Part shown: positions 48,581-61,018 of the stretch, piece after piece
How the letters are laid out: every line of letters begins with the position of its first letter
How positions within the stretch are numbered: position 1 is the first letter of the stretch
Assembly: GCA_028277205.1 (NCBI GenBank)
Contig: JANQGT010000032.1
Span: 1-63,312, forward strand
DNA from: Candidatus Altimarinota bacterium
GTDB lineage: Bacteria > Patescibacteriota > Gracilibacteria > BD1-5 > UBA2023
DNA length: 63,312 bases
Direction: 5' to 3'
The notes under the pieces: model-generated
What the model was told of the DNA's origin: nothing
Database searches by the model: none
Seen by the model: only the letters and a program-made list of their open reading frames with translations
Made by a program: the position numbers and the translations under genes

Positions 48581-50862
48581 TGCAGTTTGATCAGTCGCAG
48601 ACTTTCGAGATTTGGGAGAGCGATTTTTAGTCGCTCGTGAAATCGATCGAATATATAGTAGTCTTCCTCTTCGGTGTAGAGCTGGATGATTGCTTTTATA
48701 CGACGATTTGGGAGGCGTTCGGTATGCGCTTCTTCGAGCTGGAGGCGCATCGTATAGATGATCTCGCCGAGCTGTTTCAGCAGATCGATTTCAGCTTCGA
48801 GTATGAGCTCCACGGTGATGGATACTCCGGTCTCGACATGCGTCTCGAAATGCGCTGGCAGGAGGCGTTCGATTCGACATCGTTTGAGCGATGAACAGGT
48901 AGCGTTATGAATTCGGATGCCGTGTCGTCCGACATGGGCGATGATTTTCGAGTACTCGTCGACCTGACAACACTGGGCGAATGTATAGGGAATATTTGCC
49001 TCTCCGCTGATGATGATGCCCGGCAGGGGTGTATTTTCCTTTGCAGTGATGATGATCGGCTGCTCGCCTTTTGATTTTTCACGTGCCTTTTTCAGATGCT
49101 TTCCCCGCAGCTCCTCCAGTCCTCGGATGATAGAGCTCGGGCGACGCGAGAGATTTCCTATCTGGACGAGCACGTCTTCTTTTTCTTTCGGTCCGAGCTC
49201 TTTATTGTCGAGGTGATTGAAGAGTGAGAGATCTTTATCGAGTGCTTTTCCAAAGTGTTTGAGCAGATATGAATTGATGATAAAACGTCCTCTCTCGATT
49301 AGTTCTTCGCGCCGTTCGCGATTTATGGATGCCTTGATGACTTCTTTTGCGCGTACCGTTTTGACAAACGACAGCCAGGTAACGCTCGGACGTTTGTGCT
49401 GATCGACGATGATTTCGACCTGATCTCCATTGCGCAGCTCGTGATCGAGCGAGACGACGCGTCCGTTTACCTTTGCTATGGAAGTGCCATTTCCCACGTC
49501 GGAGTGGATACAGTAGGCAAAATCCACGGGCGTGCTGCCTCTGGGGAGAGTTTTTATATCTCCTTTCGGCGTAAAGACAAAGATGCGATCATCGAAAATC
49601 CCGATCTTTATATGCGAGAGAAACTCCGAATCATGCGTGTTTCTGAGGATTTCCTTGAGCTCATTGACCCATGAGACGTCTTTCGTGGTTTTCGATCGTC
49701 CTACCTCCGAATACGCGAAGTGGGCGGCGATACCGATTTCCGCATGTTCGTGCATTTCGCGTGTGCGAATTTGTATCTCTGTCGGCTGACGACGATTGAC
49801 CGTTTCCTTTGAAAAATCGCGAAAAAGCCCCACAACCGTCGTATGCAGACTCTGATAGTGATTTTCTTTCGGGAGAGCGATATAGTCTTTGAATCGACGG
49901 GGAACCGGTACAAAACTATTGTGAATGGTGCCGAGAATATCGTAGCAGTCGTCGACGCTCTTGGTGATGATGCGTATGGCGAAAATATCATAAATGTCCG
50001 CCACGCGCTCATAGCCCTTTCGCTGCATTTTTTTATGGATGCTGTAGGGAGATTTGACGCGATAGGAAACATCGAGGACATTGATATCTTTATTGCGAAA
50101 AAGCTCGTAAATTTTTTGCTTTGCCAGTGCGATGAAAGCTTCTTGATTTGCCCGCATGGTATCGAGTTCGCTTCGGATCTCGTAGTATCGTTCGGGCAGG
50201 AGGTGCTTGAAACATTCGTTTTCGAGGATTTCTTTGAATTCGAAAATACCGAGCCGGTCGGCGATGGGAGCGTATAGATTGAGCGTTTCCGTCGCGATGC
50301 GGTTTCGTTTCTCTTTGTCCTGATGGTACTGGAGCGTGCGCATATTATGAATGCGATCGGCGAGCTTTACGAATATTACCCGCATGTCCTCGCTCATCGC
50401 GATAAACATTTTTCGCAAACTGCTGATCTCACGCTCCTCGCCACGATAGCGTACGCGCGAGACCTTTTCCACGCCCGCCACGATATAGGCGACGTCTTTT
50501 CAAAAAATTTTTTCGATGTCCTCCACAGTGCAATCGGTGTCCTCGGGAACGTCATGCAGCAGTGTCGCCTCGATCGTGATGAGATCCGGCTGCAGACGCA
50601 AAAGCTCCTGTGTCGCGAGCACCGGATGGATGATGTACGGTTCGCCCGACTTTCGAAAATCACCCTCATGCGCCTCTCGCGCAAAGTGATATGCCCGCGT
50701 TATTCGCTCGCGGATTTTGTCTCTGGGTATCCCGTGCATATATCCGATCACCGTTTTGATGATTTGCGCTACTACCGTATCGAGCTGTTTATAGTCATCC
50801 CGGAGGCGTATCCGGGTTTCGGCAGTGTCGCGTTTTGATGAGGTGGGAGGGGTTTTCGGCAT
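48577..50862 (-). CDS. rel: Bifunctional (p)ppGpp synthetase/hydrolase, RelA/SpoT homolog
   Basis: The HD hydrolase motifs are IHPVLATQELL...LLHDVPEDT. The synthetase region is YRVKSPYSIHKKM...EIQIRTREMH. TGS and C-terminal ACT-like regions follow. Pieces are joined at the TGA at 50497. Confidence 0.9.
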
Positions 50863-50912
50863 GGGGAAAATGATGTCGATATGATACCCGGTCTTCTAAA
50901 ACAATCAATACG

Positions 50913-53345
50913 CTACGTCCGAAGTAAAATGCCGCGTACCGAGAGCATACTCACGATACGATCCTGGATCGCGAGCGCCTGCTCGTCTGTGATGGTGCCA
51001 TCCTCCTCCTGCATCCGGATACGAAATGAGACGGACTTTTTCCCTGTCTCGATGCGATCGCTGTCCTCATACACGTCGATGACCGATACGCTGCGTATGA
51101 GCTCGTGCATATCCAGGATCTCTCTCTCGATGTCTCCTGTCGGTGTACGCGCATCCATGATGAAATCAAGCTCGCGATCAATGGTAGGAAAGCGAATGAT
51201 GGGACTGTAGTGAAATTTGCTCGTCTCGGATATGAACAGCAGGAGGGCGATGTCGATCTGCAGATACAGCGTCTCGGTAGAAATCTCGAAGGCTCTCGCG
51301 CGCTCGGGATGGATCCGTCCGAAGCTCACACTCGCAGTGTCGCCGAGGTGCAGCCGCGCTGATTTATTTGGGTGAAATATCGAATTTTCCGGTATGTCCT
51401 CCCGGATGACCGGAGGGATATTCGGCGCAAACGTATGCGCGAGATCGTCGATGAGTGTTCGCAGTCCTTTCAGACTCCATCCGGAAAATACCGCCGAGAG
51501 AAATATCCGCTCCGAGGGATTGTCGTTTTCGGTATGAAAATAGCTCTTTCCGATGTCGTAAAACGCAAACTCATCATACTCCCGCATATTGTCCGCGACC
51601 GAGCAAAAGAGCATACCGGCAGCAGTGCGACGCATGAGCGACGCTTCTTCAGAGTAGGCGTTCGCGACCGCTATCGCTCGGCTCGGATCGAGTCAGAGTT
51701 TTGCATCCAGAGCCGGATATGAAAATGAACGCGTATATACTTCATAGACTCACTTTCCGCAAAAAAACTCCCGCAGCCGATGCTGAAAATGTACGAGCGG
51801 ATCGACGGGTATCGGCACAAAGTCTCCCGAGAACGCCACCGGCTCTATGTGCTCGTAGCCGTAATGGCGGGCGATCTCCTCCACGATATCCTCGGGAATA
51901 TCGACGTCTTTCGTCGCGCGCCAGGATGGGACGCGTATCTCGTAGTTTCCGGTATTTTCCGTGACACCAAATCATAGCCGGACCAAAATATCATGAATTT
52001 TTTCTGGTGAAATATCCGCACCGATGCGCGATGTCAGAAATGCATGCGAGCAGCTGACAGTGATATCTCGCAGCTTCGTCGTATCCAGAAAATGAAATGT
52101 CTTCGCAGGCGCTCTATCGTATCCGTAAAACTGCATATAGTCTCCAAGTCGTCGAGTCGCACGCTCCGGAAGCAGCGGATCGAGAGATTTTTCGTAGCGG
52201 GTGGATGCGTCCGTGCGAATACCGAGTCGCTGAGCGGTACGCCGCACCGTCGTCGCATCAAAACAAACCGCCTCGTAGACGACCCGCGTAGTCGACTCTG
52301 TCACCGCTGTCGACATGCCGCCCATGATCCCCGCGATGCTGATGGGTCCGGAGTCGTCCGCGATCACGACGTCGTCCGGGGTGAGCGTATAGGTCTTGCC
52401 GTTCAGAGCGTCGATCGTCTCGCCGTCGTGGGCTTTTCGGATGCGTATCATACCGCGGACTTTTTCGTAGTCGAATGCGTGCATGGGCTGACCGAGCTCG
52501 GTCATGATGGCATTGGTGATGTCGACGTGCGTGTATTTCGTCGCTATGCCCGAGGCGTGCAGGAGATGAGTGACACCGTCAAATACGCTCTTTCTCGTCA
52601 GGGCATTTTCATAGAGCATAAAGTGTGCCGACTGTACTGCGTCCGTCTCGATTTTCGCGCTAAACTCGGATATTTCTGCGATTTGTTTCGGATCATCGGC
52701 GATAAAATCCTGTCTGAAAATCGCCGCAAACTCTCGCGCATTTCCCTCTACCGAAAAGAGGTCGGGGCGATTGGTGATAAATTTATTGTCAATTTCGAAC
52801 ACTGTCGTGCGAAGCGGGACAAAAAATATCTCGCCGTCGCGTCCGGGAAATGGGAGCGTGAGATCAAATACCGGTTTTCCGATGCTTTTTTCGAGAGTGG
52901 TCTCATCGATACACTCCTCTAAAATGAGTATGCCCTCTGCCCGCTCGTCGGCGAGAGAGAGCTCATCCAGACTGCAGATCATCCCGTCGCTCGTCTCGCC
53001 CCGGATCTGCGAGCGCTGGATTTCCAGATCTTCGCGCAGCTTCGTGCCGGGCAGAGCGACGGCGACATAGTGCGCATTTCGGACATTCGGTGCGCCACAG
53101 ACGATTTGTCGCGGATCTCATTTGTCGGTATGTAGCGTCACGACATTCAGTCGATCGGAGTCGGAATGCGCTCGCACGCTTTCGATTTTTCCCACGACGA
53201 CCGAGTCCGGCACACCGATATGGATGATATCGTCGATCTCGGCAGTGCGGATAGAGTATGTATGGGCGAGCGACGTATCGTTGATTTCGGAGCGGATCGC
53301 GTCGATATCCGTGTAGCGCCGGATCCACGAGAGCGGGATTTTCAT
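50913..53345 (-). CDS. pheT: Phenylalanine--tRNA ligase beta subunit
   Basis: Three track pieces are in one frame, and the 51636..51971 gap was walked by hand (TGA at 51972, 51750 and 51693). It has a tRNA-binding N-terminal domain (VVVGKIESVRAHSDSDRLNV), B3/4 and B5 regions, and a C-terminal FDX-ACB-like domain. Ends in TAG. Confidence 0.9.
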
Positions 53346-53423
53346 AGAAAAATATGTCAGGAAAGGCGAATTATAGCGAAAAAAGTGGAAATACCAAACG
53401 GATGTGCGTTTTTCGGATTTTTG

Positions 53424-53432
53424 TGCTATACT
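53424..53432 (+). promoter_or_regulatory. Extended -10 element (TGcTATACT) upstream of the pilin-like gene
   Basis: The sequence is TGCTATACT, about 28 nt upstream of ATG 53460. No good -35 element was seen. Confidence 0.3.
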
Positions 53433-53459
53433 GGGGTCAGCTGCTTTTTCGTCGGTAGT

Positions 53460-53834
53460 ATGAGCATGTTTCGCACACTTTTTCTCTTTCTCATCCTTGC
53501 CTGCTGCTGTATCGCTCCGGAGGCTCTGGCGCAGGATGCCGGTGTGTTTGAGGGATCGGGAGTATCGGGGTCGGATCTGCGCGCTGGAAATATCACCTTT
53601 GACGATATTCCCAATATGATCCGGACCGTCACGTCGTTTGTCCTCGGACTCTCGGCGACGATCGCGGTGTTTGCCATCATATTCGGCGCGGTAAAACTCT
53701 CGCTCGGATCCGACGCCATCGGTGGTACCGAGGGAAAAACCGATGCGAAAAATGCTATCATCTACGGTATCGGCGGATTCGTCCTCGCGGTATCATCATG
53801 GGTGATCATCCAGTTTGTCATAAACAATCTGTAA
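53460..53834 (+). CDS. TrbC/VirB2-like small pilin-family membrane protein
   Basis: The 124-aa protein has a signal peptide (MSMFRTLFLFLILACCCIAPEALA). Two hydrophobic helices (VTSFVLGLSATIAVFAIIFGAV and IIYGIGGFVLAVSSWVIIQFVI) flank a short Gly/Lys loop. This architecture is typical of the conjugative-type pilins common in candidate-phyla genomes. Confidence 0.55.
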   Translation: MSMFRTLFLFLILACCCIAPEALAQDAGVFEGSGVSGSDLRAGNITFDDIPNMIRTVTSFVLGLSATIAVFAIIFGAVKLSLGSDAIGGTEGKTDAKNAIIYGIGGFVLAVSSWVIIQFVINNL

Positions 53835-54290
53835 ATGTTTGAGTGGACGTTTCCCGCAAAGCCCGAAAAGAGTCCGACCTGGTATCTGGCGGGGGGTGTC
53901 GTGGCGCTCGCACTCGTCGTATGGGGATTTTTCGTAGAGCTGTATGTGATGAGCGTCGTCGTCATTCTCTTCGTCGGGGTGTACCTGCTGTATGAAAATA
54001 ACGCAAGCGAGACCGTGCGAGTCGTCATGGACGAGGGTGGCGTCAGTGTCGGAGACATGCGCTACGAGTACCAGAGGCTCGCAAAATTTTTGATAGTATT
54101 TCTGGATCGCGAGCCGGTATTTTTACGCCTGGTGGTCCGGGGGACGTTTGGCGGGCAGGTAGATCTGCGTATCGATGCCAATGCTCCGATTTCAGATATT
54201 CGTACCTATCTGGGCGCACAGGGCATAGAGGATGCCGGAGATGAAAATCTGTCCGGTATGGACAAATGGCTCTATATCCTAAAGGTTTAG
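53835..54290 (+). CDS. Two-TM membrane protein with small soluble C-terminal domain, unknown function
   Basis: The ATG directly abuts the pilin-like stop (TAAATG). Two adjacent hydrophobic helices are followed by a beta-rich ~90-aa domain. Ends in TAG. Confidence 0.5.
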   Translation: MFEWTFPAKPEKSPTWYLAGGVVALALVVWGFFVELYVMSVVVILFVGVYLLYENNASETVRVVMDEGGVSVGDMRYEYQRLAKFLIVFLDREPVFLRLVVRGTFGGQVDLRIDANAPISDIRTYLGAQGIEDAGDENLSGMDKWLYILKV

Positions 54291-55279
54291 TCGATCAAAA
54301 CGGAGTGACTGCAGTATTCTGGCACATGTATCGTCTCCGGTATGCACGCCAGTAATTCCGGGTCGAGCGCACAGGAAAACCGGTATCGTTTTCATAAAAA
54401 CTCAAACGAGAGCGCGTACGCATGCAGCCACTGCCGCGAGAGCCGGTATGCTTTCGAAAATTGCCGGTTTGTACTCTCATCGCCATACAGTGCGTCGCCT
54501 GCGACCGGATGCCCGATGGACGCAAAGTGGACGCGAATCTGGTGTGTGCGTCCGGTCAGCAGGGATACGCGTATCAGGGTCGTATCATCGTATCCGCTCC
54601 CGATCACTTCAAAGGCGGTTTTCGCGAGTCTGGGACTGATCGGATCGACTGTCGTCATACATCGTCGGTCGCTCGGATGACGTCCGATGTACGACTCGAT
54701 ATACCCGGTTTTTTCTCTGAAATCTCCGGTCACGAGAGCGAGATAGGTTTTTTCGATTTTTCGATCGTGCATGAGACGCTGGAGCCGATACAGCGCAGAG
54801 TCCGCCTTTGCGATGAGGATGAGCCCGCTCGTATCCCGGTCCAGACGGTGGACGATGCCGGGTCGCCCCGACTGCCCGGTCTCTGCGAGACCGGTTTCGT
54901 ATTTTGATAGCAGTGCATTCACGAGTGTTCACACATTGCCGCCGCGCTGGGGGGTCGGATGCGTATTCATCCGTGCCGGTTTATTGACTACGATAAAGCT
55001 GTCATTTTCATACACGATATCCAGATCCCGGTTTTCCGCCGGGATATCCGACATACTTCGAATGCTCTTTTGCGCTATAAAGATCGTATCGCCGGTATCC
55101 ACGAATACACTTTTTTTTGTCGATTTTCCATTCAGCAGGATGCTGTTTTCTCTGATGAGAGCGTGGATTTGCGAGCGCGATATATCCGGCAATCGCGCCT
55201 GCAGATACCGGTCTATGCGCTCCGGTGCCGGTATTTCCGGGACGATGATTTCCTCTTTATTCGAGGATTTTTCGAGCAT
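54287..55279 (-). CDS. rluD: RluA-family 23S rRNA pseudouridine synthase (RluD-like, with S4 domain)
   Basis: The S4-like N-terminus is RIDRYLQARLPDISRSQIHALI. The catalytic motif is GIVHRLDRDTSGL, followed by GRTHQIRVH. Pieces are joined at TGA 54926 and 54392. Ends in TAA at 54287. ATG 55279 was chosen as the start, and it overlaps ndk by 23 nt. Confidence 0.85.
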
Positions 55280-55706
55280 AGGGATGGATTTCCGTCTCGT
55301 CAAAAAATCGCGGAATTTCGACTGCCGCGGTCTCGGCACTGTCGGAGGCGTGGATGAGATTGTATCGGATGGTCAGACCGTAGTCGCCGCGGATAGTCCC
55401 GATCGCCGCCTCGGCGCAGTCCGTCGCACCGCAGAGCGCGCGCATGAGTGCGATCGCACCGTCTCCCTCTACGACGAGTGCGACGATGGGACCCTCGGTC
55501 ATATACTTTACTATTTCCGGAAAAAATGGCTTTTCCCGATGAAAAAAGTAGTGCTCTTCGATGAGCGAATCCTGGAGAGCCATCATTTTCATGGCGATGA
55601 TTTTGAGACCTTTTCGCTCGATACGGGAGAGGATCTCGCCGATGAGTCCGCGATGGACGGTATCGGGCTTTAGCAGGAGGAGGGTGCGCTCGACAGCTGC
55701 AGGCAT
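55257..55706 (-). CDS. ndk: Nucleoside diphosphate kinase
   Basis: Motifs are ERTLLLLKPD, TIRGDYG and NLIHASDS (active-site His). Confidence 0.9.
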   Translation of the reverse strand: MPAAVERTLLLLKPDTVHRGLIGEILSRIERKGLKIIAMKMMALQDSLIEEHYFFHREKPFFPEIVKYMTEGPIVALVVEGDGAIALMRALCGATDCAEAAIGTIRGDYGLTIRYNLIHASDSAETAAVEIPRFFDETEIHPYARKILE

Positions 55707-55744
55707 ACAGATAGAGAAAAAGAGTAAAAGTGGAACTATTTGCG

Positions 55745-55773
55745 ATTATAGGGAACAAATAGGGAAAACGCAA
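55745..55773 (-). promoter_or_regulatory. Candidate promoter for ndk-rluD
   Basis: The minus strand reads TTGCGT - 17 nt - TATAAT, about 40 nt upstream of the ndk ATG. Confidence 0.4.
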
Positions 55774-55947
55774 GAGGGAGTCCGGTACTCGCGGTATTCT
55801 TTACAAAAAATTCACGTTTCAAAAATGGTTTACGATAGCGCCTCTATAGAGAAAATCCTACGCAGTCCAGCTGTATCGGGTAAAAATATATACAAAGCGT
55901 ATCTCAAAAAACACGTCGAATCGTCGAATATCAATCCTGCATCCTCA

Positions 55948-57837
55948 CTACTTCTTCAAAATATTTACAAATGTCTCCGACGGGATACTGACCCGTCCAA
56001 ACTGACGCATGCGCTTTTTCCCCTCCTTTTGCTTTTCCAGGAGTTTTCGCTTTCGTGTCACGTCCCCGCCGTAGAGTTTCGCCGTGACGTCTTTTCTCAG
56101 AGCGCTCAGATCCTCTCGGGCGATGATATTTGCCCCGATCGCCGCCTGGATCGCGATGGCAAACTGTGCACGCGGAATGGACTCTTTGAGTTTTTGGCAG
56201 ATACGCTGTCCGATCGTCCGAGCCTTATCACGATGCACGATCATGCTAAATGCATCGACGATCTCCCCCGCTACCAAAAAATCAAGCTTTACGAGGTCGT
56301 CCGCACGGTATCGGGAAAACTCGTAATTCATACTCGCGTATCCGCTCGAGAGGCTTTTGAGATCATCGTAAAAATCGCCGACGAGCTCTGCCATGGGAAT
56401 GTCATACATCAGCATCGTGCGGTCTCGATCGAGGTATGATTGGTGCGTTACGTTTGCACGTCGATCCTGCGCGAGTCCCATGCAGGCGCCGACGTACTGG
56501 GCGGGCGTCAGGATTTCGAGCTTTGCGATCGGCTCCTCGATAGAGAGAAAGCTTCCTGCTTTTGGAAAATCATCCGGATTTGAAAATGTGATACGCGTGT
56601 GAGTCGCGTCGTTTTCCTCATACACCTCGGGTGACAGTCGCGAAAACTCCTGCGCTCGATCACCGGGTAAAATCACACGATAGGTGACCTGCGGACTCGT
56701 CATGATGACATCCAGCTCGTGCTCGCGCCAGAGCCGCTCACGGACGATATCCAGATGCAGCAGCCCCAGAAATCCCGCCCGAAATCCGTGTCCGAGTGCC
56801 GGGGAGATCTCGTTTTCCATGGTCAGAGCGTCGTCGTTGAGCGAGAGTTTTCCCAGTGCGTCGCGGAGCTTTACGTATTCATCGGCGTCATTGGGATATA
56901 CTCCCGCAAATATAAAGGGTGTCATCCGACGAAATCCGCGGATCGGATGCTTGCTATCTGCATTTCCAAAAAAGAGCGTATCACCCACCTTGGCATCAGA
57001 GACGGATTTCAGACCCGTGACGACATAGCCGATTTGTCCCGCTTCGAGTGTTTTGGTCGGTGTCGTCTTTGGTGTAAACGTGCCGACCTCGATCACCTCC
57101 ATTTTTACCCCGGTATTCAAAAGCTCGACCCGGGATCCGCGTGCGAGCGTCCCGGAAAAGAGCTTTATGTAAATCACGACGCCTTTGTACGGATCGTACT
57201 GCGAGTCAAATATGAGTCCCTTCACGCTGTCGATATCTGCATCCGCATCATCATGAGAGATGAGCTGACTCGTTTGTGACAGACGCTTTGGTGCTGGGAT
57301 GCGCTTTACGACCGTATCGAGGAGCATCTCGACGTTTTCGCCCGTCTTCGCGGAGACGGGGATGATATCGGCGATATCGCATCAGAGCAGACTCGCCACC
57401 TCCGTACTCACGCCCTCCACGTCGGCGCTCGGTAGATCGATTTTATTGAGCACAGGGATGATGACGAGATCGTTTTCCATTGCCAGATACACATTTGAAA
57501 GTGTCTGCGCCTCTACGCCCTGCGTCGCATCCACGACCAGGATAGCGCCCTCCACACTCGCCAGACTCCGCGACACCTCATACTGAAAATCGACGTGCCC
57601 GGGAGTATCGATGAGATTTAGCTCTTGGTCGCGCCATCGCATCCGCACGGGTGCGAGCTTTATGGTGATGCCGCGCTCCTGCTCCAGCTCCATACTATCC
57701 AGCGTCTGTTCTTTCAGTCCGCGTTTGTCGACCGTACCCGTCAGCTCCAGCATGCGATCGGCGAGCGTCGATTTGCCGTGATCGATATGGGCGATGATGC
57801 AGAAATTTCGGATATGATGATCCATACAGGCGGGCAT
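55948..57837 (-). CDS. lepA: Elongation factor 4 (LepA)
   Basis: Motifs are [25 protein letters not shown] and NKIDL. Pieces are joined at TGA 57379 ([18 protein letters not shown]). The LepA-specific C-terminal domain is present. Ends in TAG. An alternative start is ATG 57825. Confidence 0.95.
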
Positions 57838-57887
57838 TCGAAAATCTAAAGAGTCGACATTATGCGGATTTTCGCGAAAAAATACAG

Positions 57888-57918
57888 AAAAAACACTCTC
57901 GATATGAGAGTGTTTTTT
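57888..57918. terminator. Bidirectional intrinsic terminator downstream of the M23/SLH gene
   Basis: The sequence is AAAAAA-CACTCTC-gatat-GAGAGTG-TTTTTT, a perfect 7-bp stem. Confidence 0.7.
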
Positions 57919-57994
57919 GATAGACGATCATGAGATCGACGAAAAGAGTTGCTACATGATATTCTATCATATGACAGAATGCATCATATCCGGA

Positions 57995-59599
57995 CTACTC
58001 CCCCCGCTCCCTATAGGTATACACGATGGAAAATGCCTCTTTTCTCGGCAGGGTTTTATGTGGGAAAAACGACTCATCGACATCCGTGTCCAAATCGATA
58101 ATGCGCGCAAACGCTGCGATATGCGCCGCAAAGGGATCAGCTCGTCCGACGTCGGCGAAAATATCGCTATCCGGAGCGGGAAGAGGCAGATCTGCAAACT
58201 CCGTGAGCATCTTTATAAACTCTGCGCGGGTGACAGTGTCGTCCGGACGAAATCGAGAATTTTTCGAGAGAATGCCGGCATCCACGGCAGCATCCAGCTG
58301 CAGCGCAAACGGATCGGCAAGCGATATATCGTCAAATGCAAAACGAACCTCCTCGCTGGGTGTCATGTCAAATGCGCGAAACAGCAGGAGAAACGCCTCT
58401 CGTCGGGTGATATCGTTTTCGACATCGATAAATCCCGTCTCATCTCCATGAATGAGTCCCTCCGCTGCGAGTGCTATGACCCTCGACTCCAGTACGGATC
58501 CTGCGCGCGCGTTTGTCCGAAATGATCGGGGAGCTGATTCCTGCTCTCCATCCTCATCCTGTGCCTGCGTATCCGTGTCGAGACTCGCGACGGAGACGGT
58601 GGACGTATCCACGAGATCGAGACTCGTCTCCGGCTCCTGAAAGATTCCATCCTCCATGATTTTCCTTACCTCGACGGCGGCGAGAGTGATATCCGATTCT
58701 GCACTGTCTTTGGATATACGGGTGGTGTCTGCGACGTTTTTCGCTCAGACACTCTCGTCCGCTACGATAGCCCGCTCCGCTCCCTCCTCATGATCATGGA
58801 CAAACTGCATGGGATGGACGGTATACGCGAGTGCGTTTGCTTTGCCGTATCCGACATTCACCGCGCTGAAAAAATCAAGCCCCTCCTCTGCAATCTCACT
58901 CAATGAAAACGGCCAATAGACATGAAATGGTGCCTCGCTGCGATCTATCTGAAAATGCACGTGGGGTGTCGTCGCGATACCGGTCTGCCCGACGAGTCCC
59001 AGCAGCTCTCATTTTTCTATGGGAGTCCCCGCCTCGACGAGTACCTCCGAGAGATGCAGGTATGACGAATAAAGATCAATCGTATCGCCGCGATACGGGA
59101 CGTCCGAGTGTCGTACCACGACATAGAGTCCGATACCGGTATCGACCGAGACACTTTTGACGACGACGCCATTTGCGATGGAGCGCACAGGTGTCCCGAT
59201 CGGAGTGCGAATATCGACGGCGAGATGACTCCCATCGTACTCGATAGAGTTTCCGCGATAGCTCCCCATGTAGACGACGGGGTAGGTGTATCGCTCACGC
59301 ACAATGTCGGAGTCACTGCGATCGCCGTTTTGCAGGCGGTCGATATCATAGCGCGGTATCGGTAGAAAATCCGAAAGGGCGAAGTCCGTGTATTGTTTGG
59401 TCTTGTTGGTATTATCTGCAGAGAGCCAGTCGGGGACGAGCGCGATGGGATGTACCGTCCCGTCAAACGGCTCGTGCGAGACATTCGCATACTCTAGTAC
59501 CGATCCCTGCAGATAGGGGAGTACGAGACTCGATCCCATATACATGAGAAAGAGCGCGAGATTTATAGTCCAGATAGTTTTGATTTGGAGTGTGCTCAT
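57995..59599 (-). CDS. M23-family metallopeptidase fused to C-terminal SLH (S-layer homology) repeats
   Basis: Three track pieces are in one frame, joined at TGA 59009 and 58745. It has an N-terminal TM segment. M23 motifs are HLAVDIRTPIGTPV and GIATTPHVHFQI. SLH-like repeats follow (FDDISLADPFALQLDAAVDAGILS...FRPDDTVTRAEF; FADVGRADPFAAHIAAFARIID). Ends in TAG. Confidence 0.8.
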
Positions 59600-59720
59600 G
59601 GGCTTTCGTATGAGTTTTCTTTATGGTAGCATGTTCTTTTGGTTTGCGCAAAAACTTTCGATCGCATTTGCTTTTTAGATGTATCTCGTATACTTTTTGT
59701 TTGCGTCTCGAAACAAGATC

Positions 59721-60176
59721 ATGCTCACGCTCGTACCGCTCGATATTCCGGAGTCGATCACCCTCGATCCGGCAGTGCTTTCGGATATATCGCGGGGTGT
59801 GGATGCGGCGTGCGATCATATACTGCTCTGACGGATACATATCGCCTTCGTCTCCGACGAGCGCATGCGCACGCTAAATGCAGCGTATCGCCATCGGGAT
59901 GAGAGTACCGACGTCCTGTCGTTTGCGTATGTGCAGGTATTCGATGATGCGGATATTGACGCGGGAGATATCGTCCTCTCGCATTCGCATATTCTGGGGC
60001 AGGCGGAGGAGTACGGACATACGCCGGAGGCAGAGACGTATCGGCTCATCGTCCATGCGCTGTTTCATCTGGCGGGCTATGATCACGAGACCGACGAAGA
60101 GTACGCGCAAATGCACGAGAGAGAAAAGCGCGTACTGGCAGTACTTCAAAAGCATCACATCACTTTACGAGCATAG
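59721..60176 (+). CDS. ybeY: rRNA maturation endoribonuclease YbeY
   Basis: Motifs are TDVLSFA and HALFHLAGYDHE (zinc site). The N-terminus is recovered across the TGA at 59829. Confidence 0.85.
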
Positions 60177-60182
60177 TATCCC

Positions 60183-60974
60183 ATGGGAGACAGAGACGTC
60201 ATCATCAAAACGCCCAAGCAAATAGAGGGCATCCGAAATGCCTGTCGGCTCGTCGCGCGCACGCTCGATATGATCGGCGAATACGTGCGTATCGGAGTCT
60301 CTACGCAGGAGCTGGATCATATCTGCCATACATTCATCCGATCGCACGGAGGGACGAGCGCCTGCATCGACTATCTGGGAAACAATCGATGGTGAGCTGA
60401 CGGCTATCCAAAGTGCACGTGCATCTCCCGAAACGATATCATCTGTCACGGCATTCCCCGTGCGGATGAATATCTGGAGGACGGCGATATTCTCAATATC
60501 GATCTGACAGTCATCGTGGACGGCTATTTCGGTGACAGCTCGCGTATGTATCAGGTCGGCACAGTATCGCACGAGCGAAAAAAACTCGTAGAGGATACGC
60601 GCGAAGCGATGATGATCGGCATCGCCGAGATCGCCCCCGGAAAGCGTATGGGAGATATCGGGTACGCCATCTCGCACTACGCGGAGGAGCGCGGATACTC
60701 TGTCGTGCGAGAGTACACGGGACACGGTGTCGGCGTGCGATTTCACGAGTCGCCGTATGTATATCACCGAGCAAAAAAAGGATCGGGAATCAAGATGGTA
60801 CCCGGTATGATCTTTACAGTCGAGCCGATGATAAATCTGGGTACTCATCACACGAAAACCATGCAGGACAACTGGACGGTGCGCACCGAGGACGGACGTG
60901 CGTCCGCACAGTGGGAGCATACCGTACTCGTCACGAAAAAGGGGTACGAGATACTGACTGTATCCGGTGCGTAG
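60183..60974 (+). CDS. map: Type I methionine aminopeptidase
   Basis: Motifs are ICHGIP, DIVNIDLTV-like (LNIDLTVIVDGYFGD), GHGVG, FTVEP and QWEHTVLVT. Pieces are joined at the TGA at 60393. Confidence 0.9.
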
Positions 60975-61018
60975 ACTCGCGGATTTTCTTTCGTACGATA
61001 GGAGATGAGCTGTCCGCA

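Noticed and set aside
52044-56439. Plus-strand ORFs 52044..52922 (292 aa), 54771..55673 (300 aa) and 55561..56439 (292 aa).
   Set aside because: They are antisense to pheT, rluD/ndk and lepA respectively, and show no motifs.
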